Below, piece by piece: positions 39,849 through 49,466 of a stretch of 64,000 nucleotides of DNA (position 1 is the stretch's first letter; every line of letters starts with the position of its first letter). Under the pieces are notes generated by a model, which saw only the letters and a list, made by a program, of their open reading frames with translations, did no database searches and had not been told where the DNA came from. The position numbers and the translations under genes are program-made. The stretch lies in assembly GCA_964499635.1 (NCBI GenBank), contig CAZCLY010000008.1:127699-191698 (forward strand), given 5' to 3'. This stretch comes from an uncultured Gemmatimonadota bacterium. GTDB lineage: Bacteria > Gemmatimonadota > Gemmatimonadetes > Palauibacterales > Palauibacteraceae.

Positions 39849-41612
39849 ATGACGCCCGACACGCAGACGGTACGAGAGCAGCCTTACCTGCGCGGAGCCG
39901 ACGAGTTCACCGCGGCCGAGCGCCGTGTCATCAAGCGGCTCCTGGCGGAAGACCTCATCGGGGCGCCCGATCTCGAAAAGGCCCGCGGCGAGCGTCGCCA
40001 GTCGGGGATGAGCATCGGGTACTGCCTCGTGGCGCTCGACCTGCTCGAGGAGAACGACCTGACTCGCATCGCGGGTCAGGAGCTGCGGGTCCCGGCGATC
40101 GATCTGAGACAGGTCACGGTCGATCCCAAGATCCTCGGATTGCTGCCGGCGGATTTTGCAACCAAGCACCTCGTTTTGCCGCTTCGCCGCAGCGGGCGCA
40201 CGCTCACCGTCGCGATGGCGGACCCGACCGACCTCAACATCGTCGACGACCTGAAGTTCATCACGCGCTTCGACATCGAGCCCGTGGTGGCGGGAGAGTA
40301 CACGCTCCGCAAGTACCTCGAGAAGCACTATCAGGCGAGTCAGGCGCGACTCGGGGAGCTGCTCTCCGAGCTCGAGGAGCAGGACATCGAGCTCCTCGAG
40401 GACAAGGAGGAGCAGGAGATCAACGACGCGGCGCTCCGCGCGCAGGTCGACGACGCGCCGGTCGTGAAGCTGATCAACGGGATCCTGGGCGACGGGGTCC
40501 GGCGCGGAGCCTCCGACATCCACGTGGAGCCCTACGAGCACGAGCTCCGCGTCCGGTACCGTATCGACGGTGCGCTCCAGGAGATCATGCAGCCCCCCAA
40601 GCGCATGACCGCGGCGCTCACCTCACGGCTCAAGATCCTCGCGGATCTGAACATCGCCGAACGGCGCATCCCGCAGGACGGCCGCATCAAGATGAAGATC
40701 GGCCAGCGGGTGATCGACTTCCGCGTCTCGACCCTTCCGACCCTGTTCGGAGAGAAGATCGTGCTCCGAATCCTCGACCGGGGCAACCTGACGCTCGATC
40801 TCGAGGCGTTCGGGATGGAGGAGCGTGCCGAGCGGGCGTTCATCGACGCGATCGCGAACCCGTACGGAATGGTGCTCGTCACCGGGCCGACGGGATCGGG
40901 GAAGACCACCACCCTGTACAGCGCGCTGAGCCGGATCAACACCGACGAAGTGAACATCATGACAGCCGAGGATCCGGTCGAGTACAACCTGCGGGGAATC
41001 AACCAGGTCCAGGTGCGGCCCGACATCGGGCTCACCTTCGCCTCGGCCCTGCGCGCGTTTCTCCGTCAAGACCCGAACGTCATCATGGTCGGTGAGATCC
41101 GCGACCTCGAAACGGGCGGCATCGCCGTCAAGGCGGCCCTCACCGGACACCTCGTCCTGTCCACCCTGCACACCAACGACGCCGCGTCGACCATCACGCG
41201 GCTCGTTGACATGGGCATCGAGCCGTTCAACGTGGCCGCGGCCGTGAGCCTCATTACGGCCCAGCGGCTCGTGAGGCGCATCTGTCCGAACTGCAAGGTG
41301 GAAGCGAGCTACCTGCCAGAGATGATCCGCGCGGCCGGGATCCCGGGGTCGGAGCTCGATCAGTACACCTTCTACCGGGGAGAAGGGTGTGACTCGTGCT
41401 CCGGCTCGGGCTACGCCGGCCGGCAGGGTCTGTACGAGGTCCTGCCGATGACCCTCACGCTCCGCCGCATGGTCCTCCAGGGCGCCTCCTCCGATGAGCT
41501 CAAGGAGCAGGCGGTGTCGGATGGGATGATCACCCTTCGACAGGACGGGATGATCAAGGTGAAGCGCGGCATCACCACGCTCGACGAAGTCCTGAAGGAA
41601 ACCGCGGCCTGA
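39849..41612 (+). CDS. pilB: Type IV pilus assembly ATPase PilB (GspE family).
   Basis: Walker A GPTGSGKTTT, a tetracysteine CPNC...CDSC, and an N1E/N2E domain layout. Confidence 0.9.
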   Translation: MTPDTQTVREQPYLRGADEFTAAERRVIKRLLAEDLIGAPDLEKARGERRQSGMSIGYCLVALDLLEENDLTRIAGQELRVPAIDLRQVTVDPKILGLLPADFATKHLVLPLRRSGRTLTVAMADPTDLNIVDDLKFITRFDIEPVVAGEYTLRKYLEKHYQASQARLGELLSELEEQDIELLEDKEEQEINDAALRAQVDDAPVVKLINGILGDGVRRGASDIHVEPYEHELRVRYRIDGALQEIMQPPKRMTAALTSRLKILADLNIAERRIPQDGRIKMKIGQRVIDFRVSTLPTLFGEKIVLRILDRGNLTLDLEAFGMEERAERAFIDAIANPYGMVLVTGPTGSGKTTTLYSALSRINTDEVNIMTAEDPVEYNLRGINQVQVRPDIGLTFASALRAFLRQDPNVIMVGEIRDLETGGIAVKAALTGHLVLSTLHTNDAASTITRLVDMGIEPFNVAAAVSLITAQRLVRRICPNCKVEASYLPEMIRAAGIPGSELDQYTFYRGEGCDSCSGSGYAGRQGLYEVLPMTLTLRRMVLQGASSDELKEQAVSDGMITLRQDGMIKVKRGITTLDEVLKETAA

Positions 41613-41659
41613 GGCCGCGCACGCGTCGTCCCGACGAACCATACCGAAGCAGCGGGGGA

Positions 41660-42766
41660 ATGAGCCAAATGGAGACCATGCCCACCAACATCAGCCTGCG
41701 GGCGCTCCTCGACGAGATGATCAAGAGGAACGCGTCGGACCTCCACCTCACGGTGGGCGAACGTCCCAAGCTGCGGGTCGACGGCCAACTCGTGGACGCC
41801 TCCGTTGACACCATCTTGAAGCCCAAGGACACGATGTCGCTGTCCTATTCCGTGCTCACCGAGCAACAGAAGAAGCGCTTCGAGCAGGAGGACGAGCTGG
41901 ACTTCAGCTTCTCGATCGAAAACGTATCCCGCTTCCGCGCGAACATGTTCAAGCAGCGGGGGAGCATCGGGTGCGCGATCCGACAGATCCCGTTCGAGAT
42001 CAAGAGCTTCCAGGAGCTCGGAGTGCCTCCGATCATCTCGAAGCTGGCCGAGAAGCCGCGCGGTCTGGTGCTGGTCACGGGGCCGACCGGCTCCGGCAAG
42101 TCGACGACGCTGGCCGCGATGATCGACAAGATCAACGGGGAGCGGGCGTCGCACATCATGACGATCGAGGACCCGATCGAGTTCGTTCACTTCCACAAGC
42201 GCTCGGTGGTCAACCAGCGCGAGGTCGGGAGCGACACGCGGAGCTTCCCCACGGCGCTCAAGTACGTGCTGCGGCAGGACCCCGACGTGATCCTGATCGG
42301 CGAGATGCGCGACCTGGAGACCATCCAGGCCGCCCTCACGATCGCGGAGACCGGACACCTCGCGTTCGCCACGCTGCACACGAACTCCGCCGCCGAATCG
42401 ATCAACCGCGTGATCGATGTGTTTCCGGCTCACCAGCAGGAACAGGTGCGCGCCCAGCTCGCGTTCGTGCTCGAGGGGGTGGTCACCCAGACGCTGCTTC
42501 CGAAGGCGAGCGGCAAGGGTCGCGTGGTGGCGTGCGAGATCCTCGTGGCCACGCCCGCGATCCGCGCGCTCATCCGCGAGGAGAAGGTGCACCAGATCTA
42601 CTCGGCCATGCAGGCCGGCAAGAAGTTCGGCATGCAGACGCTGAACGACGCGCTGTACCAGCTCTATGTGCAGCGTCAGGTGTCGCTCGAAGAGTGTCTG
42701 CGCGTGAGCTCGGATCCGAACGAGCTCAAGCGCATGGTCGGCGCCCCCGTACAGGCCGCCGGCTAG
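41660..42766 (+). CDS. pilT: Twitching-motility retraction ATPase PilT.
   Basis: ~368 aa, with Walker A GPTGSGKSTT and PilT-specific N-terminal motifs. Confidence 0.9.
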   Translation: MSQMETMPTNISLRALLDEMIKRNASDLHLTVGERPKLRVDGQLVDASVDTILKPKDTMSLSYSVLTEQQKKRFEQEDELDFSFSIENVSRFRANMFKQRGSIGCAIRQIPFEIKSFQELGVPPIISKLAEKPRGLVLVTGPTGSGKSTTLAAMIDKINGERASHIMTIEDPIEFVHFHKRSVVNQREVGSDTRSFPTALKYVLRQDPDVILIGEMRDLETIQAALTIAETGHLAFATLHTNSAAESINRVIDVFPAHQQEQVRAQLAFVLEGVVTQTLLPKASGKGRVVACEILVATPAIRALIREEKVHQIYSAMQAGKKFGMQTLNDALYQLYVQRQVSLEECLRVSSDPNELKRMVGAPVQAAG

Positions 42767-43052
42767 CGAATCGCGCCGCGGCTCGCGTTTCGCGACGGGC
42801 GTTGCCCGGCGCGGACGGGCCGCTGCGGGCCGAAGGTGGTGCTTAAGTACGGTGCTCGAAACGGGTTAGGCCCTCCCCGGCCCGTTGCCGGGACGGGGCA
42901 CCGTGCTTGCACCTCGAGGGTGGGCCCGCTTCGGCGGGACCTCTGAGTGCTGAGACCGGCCGCCGGCGGTCGACGTGGGTGGATGATGAGGGGGCTGGCG
43001 GCCGGTCTTCTCTTCCAAGAGACGAGAGAACACGGATTCCGGGAGTAGCCCG

Positions 43053-44252
43053 ATGCCCGTCTGGACGTACAGCGCTCGCACGGTCGGCGGGGACATTCGC
43101 CGCGCCGAGGTGGATCTACCCTCAAAAGATCACGTCATCGCCTATCTGCGAAGGCAGAAGCTGATCCCTGTCGCGGTGCGCGAGAAGCCGAAGGATCTCT
43201 CCTTCGGAAAGCGCAAGCGGGTGAAGGCGCGCGAGCTGGTGATCTTCACGCGACAGTTCTCGACCATGATCAACGCGGGGCTCCCGCTGGTCCAGGCGCT
43301 CGATATCCTCGCGCGGCAGACCGAGAGTCCGATGCTCAAGAAGGCCGTCCAGGACACGCTGCACGACGTGGAGGCCGGCAACACGCTGGCGGACGCCCTC
43401 AAGCAGCACCCGAAGGTGTTCTCTCAGCTGTTCGTGAACATGGTGTCGGCGGGTGAGTCGGGCGGTCTGCTCGACACGATCCTGCTGCGGCTCGCGACCT
43501 TCCTCGAGAAGAGCGAGCAGCTGCAGCGCAAGGTCAAGGGCGCGATGATCTATCCGGGCGTCGTGCTGAGCGTCGCGGTGATCGCGATCTCGATCCTGCT
43601 CCTGTTCGTCATTCCCACGTTCGAGTCGGTGTTCTCGAGCTTCAACCAGACGCTCCCGCTGCCGACCCGGATCGTGATCGGTCTCTCGAACCTGCTCCAG
43701 TCGTACTGGTGGATGATGGGTATCGCGATCGTGGCCTTCATCTTCCTCTTCCGGCGCTGGGTCGCGACGAGCACGGGGCGCCTGAAGTTCGATCGCTTCC
43801 TGCTCCGCGTTCCGGTCCTCGGGCCGCTGGTCCGCAAGGCGGCGATCGCGCGCTTCACGCGCACGCTGGGGACGATGCTGGCGTCGGGAGTCACGATCCT
43901 CGATGGTCTCGAGATCACCGCTCGCACGGCCGGGAACCGCGTGATCCACGACGCCGTGATGCAGAGCCGGACGGCGATCGCGGGCGGCAAGTCGATCGCC
44001 GAGCCGCTCAAGGAGACCGAGGTGTTCCCGCCCATGGTCACCCAGATGATCCACGTGGGTGAGGAGACGGGCGACCTGGACGGCATGCTCTCCAAGATCG
44101 CCGACTTCTACGATGACGAGGTCGACGTGGCCGTCGAGAACCTGCTCAAGGTGCTCGAGCCGGCGCTGATCGTGATCCTCGGAACGGTCGTGGGCGGAAT
44201 GATCGTGGCGATGTACCTCCCGATCTTCGGGCTGGTGAACGCGATCCAGTAG
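43053..44252 (+). CDS. pilC: Type IV pilus inner-membrane platform protein PilC (GspF family).
   Basis: A duplicated GspF domain, ~400 aa. Confidence 0.9.
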   Translation: MPVWTYSARTVGGDIRRAEVDLPSKDHVIAYLRRQKLIPVAVREKPKDLSFGKRKRVKARELVIFTRQFSTMINAGLPLVQALDILARQTESPMLKKAVQDTLHDVEAGNTLADALKQHPKVFSQLFVNMVSAGESGGLLDTILLRLATFLEKSEQLQRKVKGAMIYPGVVLSVAVIAISILLLFVIPTFESVFSSFNQTLPLPTRIVIGLSNLLQSYWWMMGIAIVAFIFLFRRWVATSTGRLKFDRFLLRVPVLGPLVRKAAIARFTRTLGTMLASGVTILDGLEITARTAGNRVIHDAVMQSRTAIAGGKSIAEPLKETEVFPPMVTQMIHVGEETGDLDGMLSKIADFYDDEVDVAVENLLKVLEPALIVILGTVVGGMIVAMYLPIFGLVNAIQ

Positions 44253-44280
44253 ACGGTGACTCCCCTCGCGCAGCCGTCTG

Positions 44281-44326
44281 GGCGGCGCGGTCCCTGACCA
44301 GGGGTCGCGCCGCCGTTTCGTTTCGG
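44281..44326 (+). terminator. Terminator-like hairpin after pilC.
   Basis: ggcggcgcg-N15-cgcgccgcc followed by gtttcgtttcgg. Confidence 0.45.
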
Positions 44327-44837
44327 TCCCGGTTGCCGCGCCTGCCGGCCCGGCGGCGGTAGCATCGCGCCACGTCCCTCGCGAAACGAGACACTCCCGC
44401 TGTGGCGGTCGGACGACAGCGCCGCGACTCCGATTGCCTATGTGGATCGCGCGGCTCCGCTTAGCCCCGATGGCCGTCCAGGGCCGGGGATTGCCCCCAT
44501 GTCGTACAGGCTGTGAAAGGCGTGCCCGATCTCGATCAGTCCGGTTCCCGGGGCGATGGAAGATCACAGGTTGGGTCCGGCGGGGTCGGGGCGCCCACAG
44601 CTGTTCGTCGGACGCGAATCGTTTCAGGGGGGAGTGCAGAAGTGTGAACCCGGTATCCCCACGGGCGCAGGGTGCGGCCCCCTCCGTGACCGATGGCAAG
44701 TCGTTCGGGCACGGGTGGTTGAAAGCCGTCGCCGGATGGGCTCCGCGGGGTGGGCTTGGGCGTTGCAGCCCCATGAATCCCGGCCCGCGCGATTGCGCGG
44801 CTCGAGAGTCCGGGAGAGAGAAGTCGAGGTCGACGGG

Positions 44838-45479
44838 ATGAGCAGGCGACATGGGAGGTTGGCGCCGCGCGGTGGAGGGTTCGCTCTCCGCGCGCCGGAC
44901 GCACACGCGGGGTTCACCCTGGTCGAGATGCTCATCGTCGTCGCGCTCGTCGGCGCGGCGGTCGGCGTCGGGATCGAGGGGCTCCGGACGTATCGGGAGG
45001 CCCAGCGCGCTCGCGCGGGCGCGGTCCAGGTCGTCACGGTGCTCAACCTGGCGAAGTCGCGGGCCGTCACCACGAACCAGACCGTCGTGGTCGATCTCGC
45101 CCCCGGGGGTCTGGGCCCGGGCGAGGGCTTCTTCCAGGTGTACGTGGACCGCGATGGAGACGCCGTCCAGGACACCGGGGAGGTCGCGGCCGCGCATCTG
45201 GTCGAGACCACCGAGCGGGCCGGGATGATCGGATTCCAGCTCCCCTCGGGTATGGGCTTCGGGCAGCCGGCGGGCGCCTCGACGGGACCGTTGGGACTCG
45301 TGGCCGCCTCCGACGGGGTCTCCTTCACGAACGATCAGGTGTCTCTGTTCCCGGATGGCACGGCGAGCGAGGCCGGTCACTTCATGCTGTTCGACGATGA
45401 CAACCGAGCGTACGCGGTCACGCTGACGGCCGGCGGTGCCGTCCGCATGTACCGCTTCGACGGGAGCGGCTGGCGATGA
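44838..45479 (+). CDS. Minor pilin / pseudopilin (GspH/FimT-like) with an unusually long prepilin leader.
   Basis: A prepilin cleavage/methylation motif G|FTLVEMLIVVALVG, preceded by a ~25-aa basic leader. Confidence 0.6.
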   Translation: MSRRHGRLAPRGGGFALRAPDAHAGFTLVEMLIVVALVGAAVGVGIEGLRTYREAQRARAGAVQVVTVLNLAKSRAVTTNQTVVVDLAPGGLGPGEGFFQVYVDRDGDAVQDTGEVAAAHLVETTERAGMIGFQLPSGMGFGQPAGASTGPLGLVAASDGVSFTNDQVSLFPDGTASEAGHFMLFDDDNRAYAVTLTAGGAVRMYRFDGSGWR

Positions 45480-45889
45480 GCCTCCGGCACGAGCGGCGCC
45501 CGCCACGCCGGCGGGTCCCGGCTCGAGGCGGCTTTACGCTCATCGAGGTCGGCGTCTCGATCGCGCTGTTCTCGATCGTCCTCCTCGCGGCGGGTGGCCT
45601 GATCACCGCTCTCTCGATGGGCACGCGGAACAGCTCCGTCCGCACGACGGCCACGTTCCACCTTCAGCGTCAGATCGAGCGGCTGTACGAGATGGACTAC
45701 GACAACCTGGCCACCGGCCAGGCCGACACGACGCTCGCCAACGGCCAGGTGATCCGCGCGGCGTGGACGGTGACCGAGCTCGTGCCCGATCGGCTGGCCC
45801 GGATCGACTTGTCGGTCGGCAGCCTGTCTCCCATGCCCGGAGGCAGCGAGCGCGCCGTGCGGCTGTTCATCGCGAATCGAGATCCCTGA
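45476..45889 (+). CDS. Minor pilin (PilV/GspI-like).
   Basis: G|FTLIEVGVSIALFSIVLLAA, ~137 aa, ATGA-coupled upstream. Confidence 0.6.
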   Translation: MSLRHERRPPRRRVPARGGFTLIEVGVSIALFSIVLLAAGGLITALSMGTRNSSVRTTATFHLQRQIERLYEMDYDNLATGQADTTLANGQVIRAAWTVTELVPDRLARIDLSVGSLSPMPGGSERAVRLFIANRDP

Positions 45890-46818
45890 TGAGCGCGACG
45901 AGACCGACAGGAGACACGGGCATGGCTGCTTCGATGCGTAGCCGCCCGTGGGCGCGCGCCGGGGGCTTCACGCTGATCGAGATGATCATCTCGCTGGCGT
46001 TGTTCTCCGCGGTGGGGCTCGTCGCGGTGGCCTTCATGATGAAGCAGGGGGCCGCGCTGATCCGCTCCACGGAGGTCACCGCCGCACAGCAGGGCGTGCG
46101 GGCGGCGCTGGAACGCATCGCGGCGGACATCCGGGTCGTGGGGCAGGGACTCAACTTCTACGATGTCCAGGTCCCCGACATGATCGTCCCGAACGACGGC
46201 TCGGTGGGCGTCGGCACGTTCAGGGACAACGCGATCAGCCTCATCGCCATCCCCGATCCGACGGACCCCTCCAACCAGCTCACGCTGGACCCGACGGTGA
46301 TCGGAAACGGCGACGTGGGGAACACCGACATCCAGGTGACCGTCGGCTCGGATCTCACGGGCCTGGCCGCGGGCGAGCGCCTCATCCTGTTCGACCCGAA
46401 TACGGGCAACAGCCAGGTGGTGGCGCTCACCGGGATCGCGGGGCAGGTCCTCCAGTTCGGAGCCGACCCGCTCACGTACCAGTTCTCGGCCAGCGGCTCC
46501 ACTCCGTCCGCGGCCATCAAGCTCAACGAGGTACGCTACCGCGCCCGGGTGGTGGGCGGCGTGCAGTTCCTCGAGCGCAAGGTCAACCGGGGGGCGTGGG
46601 TGCGGTTCATCGAGGGCATCAGCCGCCTCCAGTTCACCTACTTCGATCCGAACGGAAACGTGTTCACGCCGGCGACGCAGGCGCAGCGAAGGGACATCCG
46701 GCGCGTGTCGATCGAGGTGGAGGGCATCCAGTTGCGCCTCGCGGCCGGGGGGGAGCGGCGCGCGCACGTGACGCTCACCACCAGCGCCGTGCCCCGGAAC
46801 ATGCTGCCCGCACCCTGA
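45889..46818 (+). CDS. Minor pilin (PilW/GspJ-like).
   Basis: G|FTLIEMIISLALFSAVGLVAVAF, ~300 aa, with a TGATG overlap to the previous gene. Confidence 0.6.
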   Translation: MSATRPTGDTGMAASMRSRPWARAGGFTLIEMIISLALFSAVGLVAVAFMMKQGAALIRSTEVTAAQQGVRAALERIAADIRVVGQGLNFYDVQVPDMIVPNDGSVGVGTFRDNAISLIAIPDPTDPSNQLTLDPTVIGNGDVGNTDIQVTVGSDLTGLAAGERLILFDPNTGNSQVVALTGIAGQVLQFGADPLTYQFSASGSTPSAAIKLNEVRYRARVVGGVQFLERKVNRGAWVRFIEGISRLQFTYFDPNGNVFTPATQAQRRDIRRVSIEVEGIQLRLAAGGERRAHVTLTTSAVPRNMLPAP

Positions 46819-46871
46819 TGGCCGGCGACCGCCGGCGCGGGAGGGCTGCCATCTCGACCGGAAGACGATGC

Positions 46872-48656
46872 ATGAAGATGTGGAGAACGCGGCATACGAC
46901 GAAGGGGTCGGACGCCCCGATCGGGCGCGCGCTGGCCCGCGCTCGCGACCAGCGCGGCGGCGCGATCATCATAGCCATCCTCGTGTCCATGGTCGTCATG
47001 GGGATGGGCGCCGTGGCGCTCGCCATGTCACGGGGCGAGATGCGGGTGGCGGCCAACCACGGCCGCGGAGTCATGGCGCGCTATCACGCGGAGGCGGGCA
47101 TCCAGCGTGCGGTCGGCCTCCAGAACGACCTCACGCAGTCGCCGCGCCACTTGTTCACGCAGTCGAACTACAGCCACCGGGCCACCAGCGCCGCGGACAC
47201 GTCGGTCATGACGCTCTCCAACGCGGATTCGCCCCTGAGCGGCGGCACGCAGACGGAAGGCACCGTCGAGCTGCGGATCCTCGGGAAGGACCCCGTCACC
47301 CAGACCCCGCCGTACGTCGTCCAGTCCACCTCGCGGCTCGCCGACGGGAGCTCGGCCACCTACCAGGCGGTCGTGGATGTCGTGAGCCTGCTCGACTTCG
47401 CGGTGTTCTCCGACGACGACATCCACATCGCGCCCAACATCACGATCTCGGGTCGGGTGTACAGCGGACAGGACATCGATCTCACGGGACCGACGGCGAC
47501 GTTCCTGCAGCGCGTAGAGTACGCGGGCGGCCTCCAGAACCCGGGCAACGGCGTGTTTCTGCAGGGGCACAAGAAGGTCTCCCCGCTGCCGTCCATCCCC
47601 GCGCTCGTCAACCTCACGTTCTTCGAGAACGCGTCGAAGAACACGGGGGTGTGCTCGACCGGGCGGGGCATCTACATCGGCTACGACGGCCCCTCGTCGA
47701 TCGACACCCAGACCTCGACCCTGTTCCGTGCGTACGAGGGCGGGGCGCCGGCCGGCGCGAGCGGGAGCTGGGGGAACCCCGGGTGCCGGTCGGGCTCTTC
47801 CTGCTTCGCCATCGACATGTCGCTGTTCGACTTCACCGCCAGTCCAGTCACGTACGGCGGCACGACCGTGCTCGGCTACGACGGGCAGCCGCTGACCAAC
47901 TTCAACGGCGTGATCTGGGCCGATGGAGAGGTTCATGTGTGGGGCCACCTGGGTGGTCGTTCTCCCGAGGAGAACACCGTGACGGACGCGCGCGGGTATC
48001 TCACGCCGCCGTTCATGGCCGCGAACGAGTACAGCAACAACCAGCTCGATGCGGGAGAGGACGGAAACAACGGTGGCGTGGTGAACGGCGAGCTGGACAC
48101 GGCCAATCGCGGCGTCAGTCTGGGGATCTACTCCAACACGCACATCGCGATCGACCACAACATCTTCGCGGGAGCGGACAGCATCGGGAACCCCGTGCGC
48201 ATGGCGCTGGTGTCCCGCAACCTGACCTTCCTGGATGGCTACTCTCCCAAGCTGACGCGCGTCGAGTCGGCGGTGCTCGCGGTGACCGACACGTGGACCG
48301 GGTATGGCGACCATTCGGATCATCAGCCGAACGACTGGGCGAACGTCAACGGGAGCCAGCCACCCGACAGCTACGTGTACGACGTCGACTGGGACGGCAC
48401 GATCGAGTCGAACAACGGGACGACTCGCTCGGAGGACCGGGACGAGACGGACATGCTGAACGCGTGGGCCATCCAGAATCTCGGCAATCTCGTCGTATCG
48501 GATCCGCCCAGCTCGGGACACTGGGCCGGGCACGCGCACCCGCGCTTCTACACGTACGACACGCAGCTTCAGACGGCCGAGATCCCGTGCTACCCGACGC
48601 TCCCGAACTACGGCGTCGTGCCCGGGTCCTTCGCCGAGATCCTGAACGTCCCGTGA
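46872..48656 (+). CDS. Large minor-pilin-like protein with a PilX-type N-terminal domain (594 aa).
   Basis: A PilX_N-like N-terminus QRGGAIIIAILVSMVVMGMGAVALAM, followed by a long Gly/Ser/Thr/Asn/Asp-rich β-type region. Confidence 0.55.
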   Translation: MKMWRTRHTTKGSDAPIGRALARARDQRGGAIIIAILVSMVVMGMGAVALAMSRGEMRVAANHGRGVMARYHAEAGIQRAVGLQNDLTQSPRHLFTQSNYSHRATSAADTSVMTLSNADSPLSGGTQTEGTVELRILGKDPVTQTPPYVVQSTSRLADGSSATYQAVVDVVSLLDFAVFSDDDIHIAPNITISGRVYSGQDIDLTGPTATFLQRVEYAGGLQNPGNGVFLQGHKKVSPLPSIPALVNLTFFENASKNTGVCSTGRGIYIGYDGPSSIDTQTSTLFRAYEGGAPAGASGSWGNPGCRSGSSCFAIDMSLFDFTASPVTYGGTTVLGYDGQPLTNFNGVIWADGEVHVWGHLGGRSPEENTVTDARGYLTPPFMAANEYSNNQLDAGEDGNNGGVVNGELDTANRGVSLGIYSNTHIAIDHNIFAGADSIGNPVRMALVSRNLTFLDGYSPKLTRVESAVLAVTDTWTGYGDHSDHQPNDWANVNGSQPPDSYVYDVDWDGTIESNNGTTRSEDRDETDMLNAWAIQNLGNLVVSDPPSSGHWAGHAHPRFYTYDTQLQTAEIPCYPTLPNYGVVPGSFAEILNVP

Positions 48657-48955
48657 GCGGGCGACGTTCTCCCGACAGGGCGGCGCTCGAGCGGAAGGGG
48701 ATCCTCCTGTTCGCCGCGCTGGCCCTCGTCGCGATCATCGTCTTCGCCCCGCGGCGCTCCGGACGGCCTGCGGGCGACGCCTCGGCCGGCCCGACGGGAG
48801 AGCTCGCGGCGACCGCGGATGTGGAGGGAGACGCCGGCTTCCCGCTGCGATCGACGCCCGGCAGGCGGGCGTACGGGCCGCCGGACAGCGCCTCGGCGCT
48901 TCTTCCGCAGCTCGGGCAGGAACCCTCGTCCGGAGGCGCTCGCCCCGGCCTGTAG
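48653..48955 (+). CDS. Hypothetical small membrane protein.
   Basis: A GTG overlapping the upstream stop, and a single TM helix ILLFAALALVAIIVFAP. Confidence 0.3.
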   Translation: MSGRRSPDRAALERKGILLFAALALVAIIVFAPRRSGRPAGDASAGPTGELAATADVEGDAGFPLRSTPGRRAYGPPDSASALLPQLGQEPSSGGARPGL

Positions 48956-49004
48956 CCGCGGCCGACATTGCTCCTCCGCCGGGCTCGGGCTTATCTAGTC
49001 CGGC

Positions 49005-49466
49005 GTGACCCGAGACTCGCGCCCCACACTGGATCTCGACGGCCTGCTCGGAGCCTCCGAGGAGGCGCTGTTCGTTCGTCTCGGCGCTCCCGGGGTGGAC
49101 CGGCGGGCGGGGGGCGAGCGCTGGCTCGTGTACGAGCGGGCCGATCTGTCGGTACGCGTACGGCTCGCAGCCGCCGAGGGAGGCCCCCACGTGGTGCGCT
49201 CGTGGACGGTCACGTTCGATCCGGGGCGCGCCTCGCTCGAGATCGCCTGCGATGCGGTGGGCGTGACGCCCGCGCCCGGTGACGCGAGCGACACGATCGG
49301 GCCGCATGTGGCGCCCGGGGGCGCCTCGCTGATCCGCAGACCGCTGCCGGACGGGGCCTCGGCGGCGACCCGGTCGCTCACCGCCCGGCTGCGCGCCGGT
49401 CGCATCCACTCGCTCACCGCCTTCGACGAGCCGCCGGACTGGCGGCGGGATCCTTCCGGCGCATGA
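49005..49466 (+). CDS. Hypothetical protein translationally coupled to pilS.
   Basis: A 153-aa ORF with non-aberrant composition. Its stop overlaps the pilS ATG (ATGA). Confidence 0.4.
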   Translation: MTRDSRPTLDLDGLLGASEEALFVRLGAPGVDRRAGGERWLVYERADLSVRVRLAAAEGGPHVVRSWTVTFDPGRASLEIACDAVGVTPAPGDASDTIGPHVAPGGASLIRRPLPDGASAATRSLTARLRAGRIHSLTAFDEPPDWRRDPSGA

